Assembly: GCF_000022265.1 (NCBI RefSeq)
Contig: NC_011979.1
Span: 270,001-302,000, forward strand
Direction: 5' to 3'
DNA: 32,000 nt
DNA from: Geotalea daltonii FRC-32
GTDB lineage: Bacteria > Desulfobacterota > Desulfuromonadia > Geobacterales > Geobacteraceae
The notes beneath the pieces were generated by a model that saw only the letters and a list, made by a program, of their open reading frames with translations, made no database searches and was not told where the DNA came from. Both the position numbers and the translations under genes were made by a program. Shown in pieces: positions 1 to 7,537 of this stretch. How positions within the stretch are numbered: the stretch's first letter is position 1; every line of letters starts with the position of its first letter.

Positions 1-524
1 AGAACGTAATAGCCGTCACGGATGTCCTCCACCAGGGCCTTGTACTTGCTCTCCGATTCCGACAGTTCCCGTGTCCTTTTGGCTACTTCCTTTTCCAGCA
101 CGACGGTCTGCTGCCGCATATACTCTTCATGGAGCCCCTGGAAAAAATCGCTGAATTTTCCCACCGTCTGGGAAATACAACTCCCCAACCGGGCGATGGC
201 CTCGTCCCGCTCGTCATCCCGGGCATTCCTGATGATAAAGGGCGTCACCACCTGCTGATAGAGCATGAAAGCCTTTTGCACGTCGGACAGTTTGTATCCC
301 TGGGCAAGCCTCCTGCGCGCGATAAAGGTGATGAAGGCATCGAGCTCGTCCCAGCCCCCTCCGTCGAGAACCAGGCTATACGCAGCAGTCGCCTGACTGA
401 CCAACGGCCGGAGATTCGCCTCCGCTTCGCGATGATAGGGCGCTGACCGGTCGGAAAGCATCCTGCCGACCCACACATCGACGATCTCCCCGTGGTATTT
501 CCCCAGTGTTTTGAAAACGTCCAT
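1..524 (-). CDS. Sensor/regulator protein, N-terminal part only (open to window edge): helical sensor domain (RsbRD_N-like), coiled-coil linker, beginning of a PAS domain
   Basis: Absent from the ORF track because it has no stop inside the window. The reverse complement from the ATG (complement of 522-524) reads MDVFKTLGKYHGEIVDVWVGRML...VLEKEVAKRTRELSESESKYKALVEDIRDGYYV, open for about 174 codons. GGGAGG Shine-Dalgarno at complement of 529-534. The listed + ORFs 22..258 and 129..446 overlap it and look spurious. Confidence 0.6.
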   Translation of the reverse strand, partial: MDVFKTLGKYHGEIVDVWVGRMLSDRSAPYHREAEANLRPLVSQATAAYSLVLDGGGWDELDAFITFIARRRLAQGYKLSDVQKAFMLYQQVVTPFIIRNARDDERDEAIARLGSCISQTVGKFSDFFQGLHEEYMRQQTVVLEKEVAKRTRELSESESKYKALVEDIRDGYYV

Positions 525-624
525 TACGCCTCCCTGCTGTGGAACTCTTCTGCGACAATGGCGTGCATTGACTGTGGTGAAAATAATTTTCCCTGTCCCC
601 TGGTGCAATCTCTTCTCATGAAGT

Positions 625-641
625 CAATAACAGTGTTATTG
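625..641. promoter_or_regulatory. Inverted repeat CAATAAC-AGT-GTTATTG, candidate upstream activator/operator site
   Basis: Perfect 7-bp arms with a 3-nt spacer, about 90 nt upstream of the sigma-54-like promoter. The core ACAGTGT recurs in inverted form (ACACTGT) at about 713-719. Confidence 0.3.
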
Positions 642-727
642 AAAAAAATCATCACGCTCCCACTGTACCATTGAAAAATTCTTTCCACAACCATTTAAGA
701 AAACCGCAAACAAACACTGTTTTTGTG

Positions 728-743
728 TGGCATGATGCTTGCT
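728..743 (+). promoter_or_regulatory. Sigma-54 (RpoN) type -24/-12 promoter
   Basis: TGGCATGATGCTTGCT matches TGGCAC-N5-TTGCW, with GG and GC at the canonical 12-nt register. It lies about 85 nt upstream of the SD-preceded start of the ligase gene, and inside the N-terminal extension of ORF 723..2480, which argues against the 723 start. Confidence 0.6.
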
Positions 744-827
744 GAATGGCACATATACCGCAAAAAACGGATGAATGACGATCCGGTAACGGTTTTAATA
801 GACAATACTGAAAGGAGGATTAATGGC

Positions 828-2480
828 ATGATAAAAAATGGTTTTACTGAATGGCCGGAGGATTTCGCGCAAGCGTACCGGGATGCCGGTTACTGGCGAG
901 ACCAGACAATCGGCGAGGTGCTTGCAGAACGCTTCGCACGTTTCGCGGACAGAACCGCACTTATCGCTGAAGACGGGGCACACTATACCTATGCCGATCT
1001 GGACCGGCTTTCCACCCGCCTTGCCCTGCATTTCAAAAACCTGGGACTCCAACCATACGATCGGGTCATCCACCAGATCCCCAACGGCCCGGTAAGCGTC
1101 CTGACTTTTCTCGGGCTGCTCAAGGCGGGCGCCGTACCGGTGATGACACTGCCCCCCCACCGGGAAGCGGAGATCGGCCACTTTGCCCGGCTTTCCGGGG
1201 CGCGTGGCTACGCCATAGCCAGCCAGGTGCGTGAGTTCGACTTCCAGGCCCTGGCCGGCACGGTGCAGGAACAGAATCCGTCCCTGGAATTTGTACTGGT
1301 AACCGGCGGCATGCCCGGTCCCGGCTATCAGTCCATCGATGCCATGCTGCTCGACCCCATCGAGGAACGGGCAGGCAGTACCAGCCTGCCGCGACCCGAT
1401 CCGGATTTTCCTGCCGTGCTGCTCCTGTCCGGTGGGACCACCGGCATTCCAAAGCTCATACCGAGAACCCACAACGACTATGCGTACAACTTTCTTCGCT
1501 GCGCCGAAGTATGCGGGCTTGACGGGGAGACCTCCGTACTCGTCGCCGTGCCGCAGGCACACAATTTTGCCCTTGCCTGCCCGGGGCTGTTGGGCACCCT
1601 TGCCACCGGCGGCTGCGAACTGCTGTCGGCAAACACCGCTACCGAACAGCTCATGAAGCTGATAGAGACGCACCGGTTGACCCATTTCATTGCCGTGCCG
1701 ACGATGATTCTCGGCCTCCTCGACCATCCCGAGCGTGGCAAGTACGACCTCTCCTCCCTGCGGATGATCCTCACCGGCGGCTCGAAACTCAACCCGGAAG
1801 TGGCCCTGCGTCTGCGTCCGGAACTGGGATGTGACGTCCTGCAGGTCCTGGGCATGGCAGAAGGACCTCTCTATTGGACACGTCTGGAAGACCCGGACGA
1901 CGTGCGGCTGCATACCCAGGGCCGCCCCCAGTCCCCCGGCGACGAATTCCGTATCGTTGACCCGGAGAGCGGCAAAGAGGTGGCGCCGGGAGAAGTGGGA
2001 GAGCTCTGGTGCCGAGGACCCCACACGATCCGTGGCTATTATCGCGCCGACGAGCACAATACGCGGGCCTTCAGCTCCGACGGATTCTACAAGTCGGGAG
2101 ACCTGGTGCGGCTGCACGAAAGCGGCAACATCGTTGTCGAGGGACGGAACAAGGACTGCATCAACCGGGGAGGGGAAAAGATCAGCGCCGAAGAGATCGA
2201 AAACCATCTCATCGCCCATGGGTCGGTGCTCAATTGTGCGGTCGTCGCCATGCCGGATGCCATTTTCGGTGAAAAATGCTGTGCCTTTGTCGTCCCCGCT
2301 CCGGGCGCTTCCCTGACCCTGGAGGGTCTGTGCGACTTTCTCATCAAGGAAAGAAAGATCGCCCGGTTCAAGCTTCCGGAGCGGTTGGAAACCTTGGACG
2401 CCCTTCCCCTGACAAACGTGGGCAAGATCAATAAAAAAGCCCTGCGTGAGATCATCGTGCAACTTCAGCAGGCTGCGTGA
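828..2480 (+). CDS. Aryl-acid adenylating enzyme / aryl-CoA ligase, EntE/DhbE (2,3-dihydroxybenzoate/salicylate-AMP ligase) family
   Basis: Start chosen at the ATG at 828 (MIKNGFTEWPEDFAQAYRDAGYW), 8 nt after AAAGGAGGA (811-819). End-to-end resemblance to E. coli EntE as I remember it: WPEEFA..YR..GYW N-terminus, SGGTTGIPKLIPRTHNDY, QVLGMAEG, TIRGYY, INRGGEKISAEEIE, LPLTNVGKINKK. Confidence 0.9.
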   Translation: MIKNGFTEWPEDFAQAYRDAGYWRDQTIGEVLAERFARFADRTALIAEDGAHYTYADLDRLSTRLALHFKNLGLQPYDRVIHQIPNGPVSVLTFLGLLKAGAVPVMTLPPHREAEIGHFARLSGARGYAIASQVREFDFQALAGTVQEQNPSLEFVLVTGGMPGPGYQSIDAMLLDPIEERAGSTSLPRPDPDFPAVLLLSGGTTGIPKLIPRTHNDYAYNFLRCAEVCGLDGETSVLVAVPQAHNFALACPGLLGTLATGGCELLSANTATEQLMKLIETHRLTHFIAVPTMILGLLDHPERGKYDLSSLRMILTGGSKLNPEVALRLRPELGCDVLQVLGMAEGPLYWTRLEDPDDVRLHTQGRPQSPGDEFRIVDPESGKEVAPGEVGELWCRGPHTIRGYYRADEHNTRAFSSDGFYKSGDLVRLHESGNIVVEGRNKDCINRGGEKISAEEIENHLIAHGSVLNCAVVAMPDAIFGEKCCAFVVPAPGASLTLEGLCDFLIKERKIARFKLPERLETLDALPLTNVGKINKKALREIIVQLQQAA

Positions 2481-2632
2481 TCATCTGCTGGCATGCCCGC
2501 AAAGAGGGCATGGCCGGACGTTGCAGCATTTTTTGTACATAGATCGCTTTCCGGCGATTCGGACCACCTTCAGACCATGGGGCGGTCGGCACATGAAAAA
2601 ACCGATGCCGCCCGGAATTTGAGAGGATTAAC

Positions 2633-4009
2633 ATGACAACAAACGCGCAGACAAAACCCTCCGTAAGCTTTACCCAATGGTGCGACAGCTTGTCGTTCAA
2701 CAGGTTTCACGCCATGGTCATGGCACTCGCCGCCCTGATCCTGGTCTTCGACGGTTACGACGCCCAGATCATCGCCTATGTCATGCCGCAACTGGTCAAG
2801 GAATGGCACCTGACCCCGGTGGAGGCTGGTTCCATGGCCTCCTACGGTTTCATCGGTCTCATGATCGGCGCGGCCGGCTTCGGCACCTTCGCCGACAGGC
2901 TTGGCCGCAAGAAGGGAGTGATGATCGCCTTGGTCGTATTCTCCGTCTTCAGCGGGGCGGCTTACTGGGCGCCCAATTTCAAGGTGTTCTGTCTCCTTCG
3001 TTTTCTCGCCGGCATCGGCATGGGGGGCGCGATGCCCCTGACCATTACGCTGGTGACGGAATTCGCCCCTGCCAAGGCACGGGCCAAGGCGGTAAGCGCC
3101 ATGTTTGCCGGATTTACCCTGGGATGGGGCGTTGCGGCACTGGTGGCCATGGTCGGCATACCTGCCTTGGGATGGCGGATGGTGCTTCTTTTCGGTTTTC
3201 TGCCGGTGCTTATTCTTCCCCTTCTGCAGAAGGCCCTGCCGGAGTCGGTGCGCTTCCTGGCATCGAAAGGGCGTCACGAGGAGGCGATACTTGAAATACA
3301 GCGGATGGAAAAAGCCGCAGGACTGCCACCGGCTGCGTGGACCAAGGAGTCGTTTCAAACCGGACCGGTGGAGCCAGGCAGCAGCCTGACCCAGCTTTTC
3401 TCTCCCGGATTTTCATTCATGACACCGCTCATCTGGGCAACTTACTTCCTGAACCTCCTGGTGGTCTACGGGCTGGCTACCTGGCTCCCATCGCTTCTCG
3501 TCAAGGCAGGGTTTTCCCTGGTCAAGAGTTACAGTTTCGGCATGGTCCAGGCAATAGGCGCTTCCCTCGGCGGCTTTCTTCTCGGCTGGATGATGGACCG
3601 ATTCGGCCGGAAGAGCGCTCTGATCTTTGCCTACATGGCCGGAGGGGTTGTCGTAGCCCTGTTCGGCACAGTATCGAGCAATACGGCCTTGTATATCATC
3701 GGCGCAGCAACGGGTGTCTTCGTCATCGGAGCGCAAATAGCCCAACATGTGGTGACCGGCGAACTCTATCCGACCAGCATCCGTTCCACCGGGGTTGGCT
3801 ATGCCCTCACCGCGGGCCGTCTCGGTTCGATTGCAGGCCCCTTGCTGGGCGGAGCGCTCCAGATGGCCGGCGTTACCTTCAGCCAATACTTCCTGATCTT
3901 CGCGGTTCCCAGCTTCCTGTGCGCCGGACTGGTCTATTTGTATCGGGTCAATGTGAAAGACGAAGGACTTGAAACAGTCCATGAAAGACTGGTATCCGTT
4001 GAGGAGTAG
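2633..4009 (+). CDS. MFS transporter, aromatic acid:H+ symporter (AAHS; PcaK/BenK-like) family
   Basis: 458 aa and highly hydrophobic, with about 12 predicted TM stretches. DGYD motif in TM1, GRKKG loop 2-3 motif, GAGAGGA SD 7 nt upstream. Confidence 0.85.
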   Translation: MTTNAQTKPSVSFTQWCDSLSFNRFHAMVMALAALILVFDGYDAQIIAYVMPQLVKEWHLTPVEAGSMASYGFIGLMIGAAGFGTFADRLGRKKGVMIALVVFSVFSGAAYWAPNFKVFCLLRFLAGIGMGGAMPLTITLVTEFAPAKARAKAVSAMFAGFTLGWGVAALVAMVGIPALGWRMVLLFGFLPVLILPLLQKALPESVRFLASKGRHEEAILEIQRMEKAAGLPPAAWTKESFQTGPVEPGSSLTQLFSPGFSFMTPLIWATYFLNLLVVYGLATWLPSLLVKAGFSLVKSYSFGMVQAIGASLGGFLLGWMMDRFGRKSALIFAYMAGGVVVALFGTVSSNTALYIIGAATGVFVIGAQIAQHVVTGELYPTSIRSTGVGYALTAGRLGSIAGPLLGGALQMAGVTFSQYFLIFAVPSFLCAGLVYLYRVNVKDEGLETVHERLVSVEE

Positions 4010-4151
4010 GTAATCGCTTCATTGCCACCTGTCCTCGGCTGTGCCGGGGGCAGGTGCACCTGTCGCGGAAACAGCGGCGGCCCCGCCTGGGCTGCTATAG
4101 TGGCCTGTAATTCTTGCCCTCCTGCTGTTGTGTTCCACAAAAACAGTGGCG

Positions 4152-4166
4152 TTTCATGTGACGAAA
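4152..4166. promoter_or_regulatory. Operator-like 15-bp near-palindrome TTTCAT-GTG-ACGAAA
   Basis: Matches the pattern TTYCRY-N3-RYGRAA that is also present at 5246, 19619 and 19793. It lies in the 210-bp spacer upstream of the first iclR gene. Confidence 0.3.
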
Positions 4167-4219
4167 TGCTATTACAAGGGGAAACGCCGGGTGACTGGCA
4201 GGAAGGTCGACAGGTGCCG

Positions 4220-5023
4220 ATGACCGAAAACAACTCCCCCACCAAGATCAAGGAAGACGAAAAATACAACATTCGCGCCATCGAGCGCGCCCTTTCAGTG
4301 CTGGAAGCCTTTTCCATCGAGCGCCGCAAGCTCTCCCTCGATGAACTCACCAAGCTGATCGGGCTTTCCAAACCCACCGTCTTTCGCATCCTTTCTACAT
4401 TGCAGAGCAGGAAATTTATTTATCTGGACAAAGGCGACGGGCGCTATCGGCTGGGCTCTGTTTTTCTCACCCTCGCCTCTGCGGTCCACGGTTCATCCGG
4501 TCTCGGCGCCATTGCCCGCCCGCATCTGACCACATTGCGCAATTCCACACAGGCGACGGTCCTTCTTGGCGCCCTCCTGGAGGATCACCTTGTCTATCTG
4601 GACAAGACCGAGGGACGCGGGCCGGTCCGCCTGGCCAACGACATCGGCTGGCGGCGCGATCCTGCCCATTACGGCATGCTGGGCATGACGCTCATGGCCT
4701 TCCTTGATCCCGCCGAGGCCGAACGTCTGCTGGATGAGTTTCCCCTTGCTCCGTATACCGAAAAATCCCTGAATGATCGGCTGCTCTTCCTTAAACGCCT
4801 TGATGACATACGGCGGCTCGGTTATGCCCTGGAGTTCGAGGAGGCGATAGATGGCGTCTGGGGCGTCGCCGCTCCGGTTTTGAATGCGGCAGGAGAGATC
4901 ATCGCTGCCGTCGGGGCTGCCCTGTCCATGTCTGCCTGCAGCGACGAACGCATTGCCGATACCATTAACAGCGTCACCGCCTGTGCCGGGGCTATTTCTT
5001 CGGATCTTGGCCACAGGCGATAA
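4220..5023 (+). CDS. IclR-family transcriptional regulator
   Basis: Start taken at MTENNSPTKIKEDEKYNIRAIERALSVLEAF. The upstream 66 codons of ORF 4022..5023 are Cys/Gly/Pro-rich and non-protein-like. N-terminal wHTH (LSLDELTKLIGLSKPTVFRILSTL) plus an IclR effector domain. An alternative start at 4166 is possible. Confidence 0.85.
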   Translation: MTENNSPTKIKEDEKYNIRAIERALSVLEAFSIERRKLSLDELTKLIGLSKPTVFRILSTLQSRKFIYLDKGDGRYRLGSVFLTLASAVHGSSGLGAIARPHLTTLRNSTQATVLLGALLEDHLVYLDKTEGRGPVRLANDIGWRRDPAHYGMLGMTLMAFLDPAEAERLLDEFPLAPYTEKSLNDRLLFLKRLDDIRRLGYALEFEEAIDGVWGVAAPVLNAAGEIIAAVGAALSMSACSDERIADTINSVTACAGAISSDLGHRR

Positions 5024-5195
5024 GGCCTCCCCTCACAGCGGTGTCCCGGCAGAGACTGCCTCACCCCTTCCCCTTATTTCTCACTTGTATCCCAGTTGCA
5101 AAAAGTATTGAACAGCTCTTGCCCTTTGTTGTGCACGTGGATTTGCCCCCCTGTTCTTCCCCTCCACCAAAAATATTCAATAGAACATTATTTTA

Positions 5196-5223
5196 TTGAC
5201 AACTTCGTGGCAGCGTGGATAAT
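5196..5223 (+). promoter_or_regulatory. Sigma-70-like promoter candidate (TTGACA-16 nt-GATAAT)
   Basis: TTGACA at 5196-5201 and GATAAT at 5218-5223, in an AT-rich 410-bp spacer upstream of the first bamB-like gene. A second perfect TATAAT sits at 5241-5246. Confidence 0.4.
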
Positions 5224-5245
5224 AATATCAAAAAATAAAATATAA

Positions 5246-5260
5246 TTTCACACAGTGAAA
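5246..5260. promoter_or_regulatory. Perfect palindrome TTTCAC-ACA-GTGAAA, operator candidate
   Basis: 6-bp perfect inverted arms with a 3-nt spacer, immediately downstream of the -10 candidates. Same half-site family as 4152, 19619 and 19793. Confidence 0.4.
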
Positions 5261-5436
5261 TAATGTGGTGCGGCAGTACCGGGAAGATGATGGTAACGAT
5301 ATTGGAGAAAAAGAAATCGCTGTTTTACCGCAGGAAGTACTGACGCAAGAACAGTTTTTTTGCCGAAATAATCGTATTGAAGTACCGGGTTGCATATTTA
5401 GATGGAGAAACTGGAAACCCGGGAAGGGGTAAGCTA

Positions 5437-7419
5437 ATGAAGTACGCAGAGACAGGCTTTGCATTGGAAGTCGATCTGACTAGAGGAAATATCGAAAAAG
5501 TCCCCACCGACCCGAAGATGACCGGGCTCCATTTGGGTGGGGACGGTGTTGCCGCTGCCATTCTTTGGGAACGGGTGCCACCTGAGGTTGCCCCACAATC
5601 ACCCGCCAACCTGCTCATTTTCAGCGCCGGTCTTCTGGCAGGCACACCGATCCCCGGCGCCAATCGTACCTGTGTCAGCAGCATCAGCCTTCAATCGAAC
5701 CTCCTCGTAAATGCGAACTTTGAAGGGTTTTTCGCGCCGGAGCTGAAACATGCGGGCTATGACAGGGTCGTCATCCGCGGCAAGTCGACCAGCTTAGTTT
5801 ATTTGTGGATTCACGACGACAAGGTGGAGATCTGTGATGCCAGCCATCTCCAGGGGAAGAGCGCCATGGAGACCACAGCCATTCTCCGCAAAGAGTTGAA
5901 GGACCCCAACGTCCAGGTGGCCACCATTGGCGTGGCCGGGGAAAACAAGGTCTCCCAGGCGAGCATTGAACATGCCAACAGCAGTGCTTCCCAAGGGCTT
6001 GGCGTGATAATGGGGGATAAGGGCCTGAAGGCCATAGCGGTCCGCGGCACAAAGGATCTGGGCATTGCCCGGCCGGATGAGCTTTTCGCACGTTGCAACG
6101 CGCTCTATGGGGAGATCTACGATAACCCGTCCTGTGGCGATCTCCTGTTGAGCGAGCACGATAATGCCTGGCATGTGGCCAACCTCCCCTGGACCGCAGC
6201 AGGCGAACGGGTCAAGGGGTTCTGGACGCCGGAGCTTGGACAGGAATGGGGAGTGCGTGTCGAACGGGAAGAGATCGGCTACCAGTGGGAAAACTATAGT
6301 CAGGAAATGGAAGAGGTACGAGAGACGGTTGTCGAGGAAAGCAAGCTAGTGCGCGGCACCGGCTGCTACAACTGCCCCAAGAATTGCCATAAGGTCCTGT
6401 CCCTGCCGGGCGAGCGCCAGTATTTTCTCAAGTCCTACAGCAGGCATGTTTACGCCATGGCTGCCTATGGAGACCTGAAGCTCAACTACGACGTTCTTTA
6501 CGCCATGCAGGATTTTGGTCTGGATGAAAACGCCATGGTACAACTGTTCGCCTTCGTCCAGGACCTGCATCAAGCCGGCATTTTCACAGACAGTGATTTG
6601 CCCGATTTTCCGGCCGATCCTATTGGCCGATACCTCTACATACTGGAAAAGGTAGCAAACCGTCAGGGTATCGGAGCTATTCTTGCCGAGGGTCTTTGCC
6701 AAGCAGCAGGCCAGATTGGCAAGGGTGCGGAAGCATATGTCCGGGGAGTGAAAAAGACAGCACAGCTCCCCCTTAGGTGGAAAACTGCCAATTACGCATC
6801 TTTCCTCATGTATGCCGCCGGGGACAAGATGGATATCAGCCAGGTTGAAGGCTCCTTCCCTCAATTGCCGATACCCGACAGGAAAGAGAGGGAGGCGTTT
6901 GTCAAGGTCTGGGATGCAGCTCCCCAAAGGTTCAAGGAGTGGTTCCTGGATTGGGAGCCGGAGCAGCAGTTTTCTATTGAGGCCGCGGCAGAGATTGTTG
7001 GCTGGAATGAGGCCATGCATTATGCGGATGACATCCTGGGGATCTGTCCCCTGCTGTCGTCCTTCAGGGGCCAGTTTGGCGGCAAGCCTCCCTATCACCT
7101 GAACAACCTGCCGCAGCTCGTTTCGCTGGCGACCGGCATCGAGTTGGATGTGGCCGGCCTGCTGGAAATATCCCGCCGAAACCGGCAGCTGATCAGGGCC
7201 TTAAATGCCGGAAGAGGTCAGAGACGGGCCGATGACGAATTCCCTGCAGAACTCTGGGAGAACAGGGATACCGCAATGGAGCAGCAACACCTTGACGCGT
7301 ATTACTCATTCATGGGATGGACTGCCGAAGGGATCCCGACCCGAGAGACATTGACCGGTGCGGGACTGGACCACGTAAGCAAGGTTTTGATGGCACGAGG
7401 GCTCCTGACGGGAGAATAG
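5437..7419 (+). CDS. BamB-like tungsten/pterin aldehyde:ferredoxin-oxidoreductase-family protein, divergent paralog 1 (Ser at the position where paralog 2 has Cys)
   Basis: Start at MKYAETGF (GGAAGGGG SD upstream), which matches the MRYAETGF start of paralog 2. CYNCPKNC (CxxCxxxC) cluster motif and a later conserved Cys (DDILGICPLLSSF). FLKSYSRH aligns with FLKCFNKL of paralog 2. About 25 extra residues precede the Cys motif. Confidence 0.88.
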   Translation: MKYAETGFALEVDLTRGNIEKVPTDPKMTGLHLGGDGVAAAILWERVPPEVAPQSPANLLIFSAGLLAGTPIPGANRTCVSSISLQSNLLVNANFEGFFAPELKHAGYDRVVIRGKSTSLVYLWIHDDKVEICDASHLQGKSAMETTAILRKELKDPNVQVATIGVAGENKVSQASIEHANSSASQGLGVIMGDKGLKAIAVRGTKDLGIARPDELFARCNALYGEIYDNPSCGDLLLSEHDNAWHVANLPWTAAGERVKGFWTPELGQEWGVRVEREEIGYQWENYSQEMEEVRETVVEESKLVRGTGCYNCPKNCHKVLSLPGERQYFLKSYSRHVYAMAAYGDLKLNYDVLYAMQDFGLDENAMVQLFAFVQDLHQAGIFTDSDLPDFPADPIGRYLYILEKVANRQGIGAILAEGLCQAAGQIGKGAEAYVRGVKKTAQLPLRWKTANYASFLMYAAGDKMDISQVEGSFPQLPIPDRKEREAFVKVWDAAPQRFKEWFLDWEPEQQFSIEAAAEIVGWNEAMHYADDILGICPLLSSFRGQFGGKPPYHLNNLPQLVSLATGIELDVAGLLEISRRNRQLIRALNAGRGQRRADDEFPAELWENRDTAMEQQHLDAYYSFMGWTAEGIPTRETLTGAGLDHVSKVLMARGLLTGE

Positions 7420-7470
7420 GGGCAGACCCATGTGTTTGCCCAACCCATGGCGCACACGCGGGTGCGCCCC
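7419..7470. repeat. REP-like double hairpin in the bamB'-bamB spacer
   Basis: GGGCAGAC-ccatgt-GTTTGCCC (7420-7441) and GGCGCAC-acgcgg-GTGCGCC (7449-7468). This resembles the GC-rich extragenic palindromes common in deltaproteobacterial-type genomes. Confidence 0.4.
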
Positions 7471-7537
7471 TACACGACAAAAGGACATTCTGAACGCGGC
7501 GTCGAGTGCAGACATCAACAAACGGAAGAGGTAGACA

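Noticed and set aside
22-478. Short ORFs 22..258 +, 129..446 +, 245..478 -, 376..558 - as independent genes
   Set aside because: All overlap a longer, edge-truncated minus-strand frame that has an SD, a plausible sensor-domain sequence and a PAS-type ending.
723-827. N-terminal extensions in the ORF track (723 for the ligase, 4022 for iclR, 5377 for bamB-like 1, 17849 for bamI, 31113 for hbd, 19571 for the minus iclR)
   Set aside because: The extensions lack SD sequences, contain non-protein-like residues or overlap the preceding gene or a promoter motif. Internal ATGs preceded by good SDs give proteins that start where family homologs start.
795-2462. Very long antisense ORFs opposite real genes (795..2462 -, 2570..3358 -, 11551..14667 -, 15501..16952 -, 20355..21101 -, 21360..22832 -, 23748..24587 -, 26630..27346 -)
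   Set aside because: Their translations are low-complexity and rich in Gly/Arg/His/Asp/Pro, with no recognisable motifs. Each lies opposite a + strand gene with unambiguous family signatures and a Shine-Dalgarno site. Long stop-free antisense frames are expected in high-GC coding DNA.
2481-2632. Terminator after the ligase gene (CATGCCC-gcaaaga-GGGCATG at about 2493-2513) and a hairpin just before the MFS start (GGCGGTCGG...CCGATGCCGCC, about 2581-2612)
   Set aside because: The stems are short or imperfect and lack an adjacent T-run. I cannot distinguish them from chance GC-rich pairing, so they are not listed as features.
5024-5436. Sigma-54 -24/-12 promoter upstream of the bamB-like genes (for example around TGGCAGCGTGG at about 5208 and TTGCAT at about 5391)
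   Set aside because: Neither candidate has both GG and GC elements in the required 12-nt register. A sigma-70-like TTGACA-16-GATAAT fits better.
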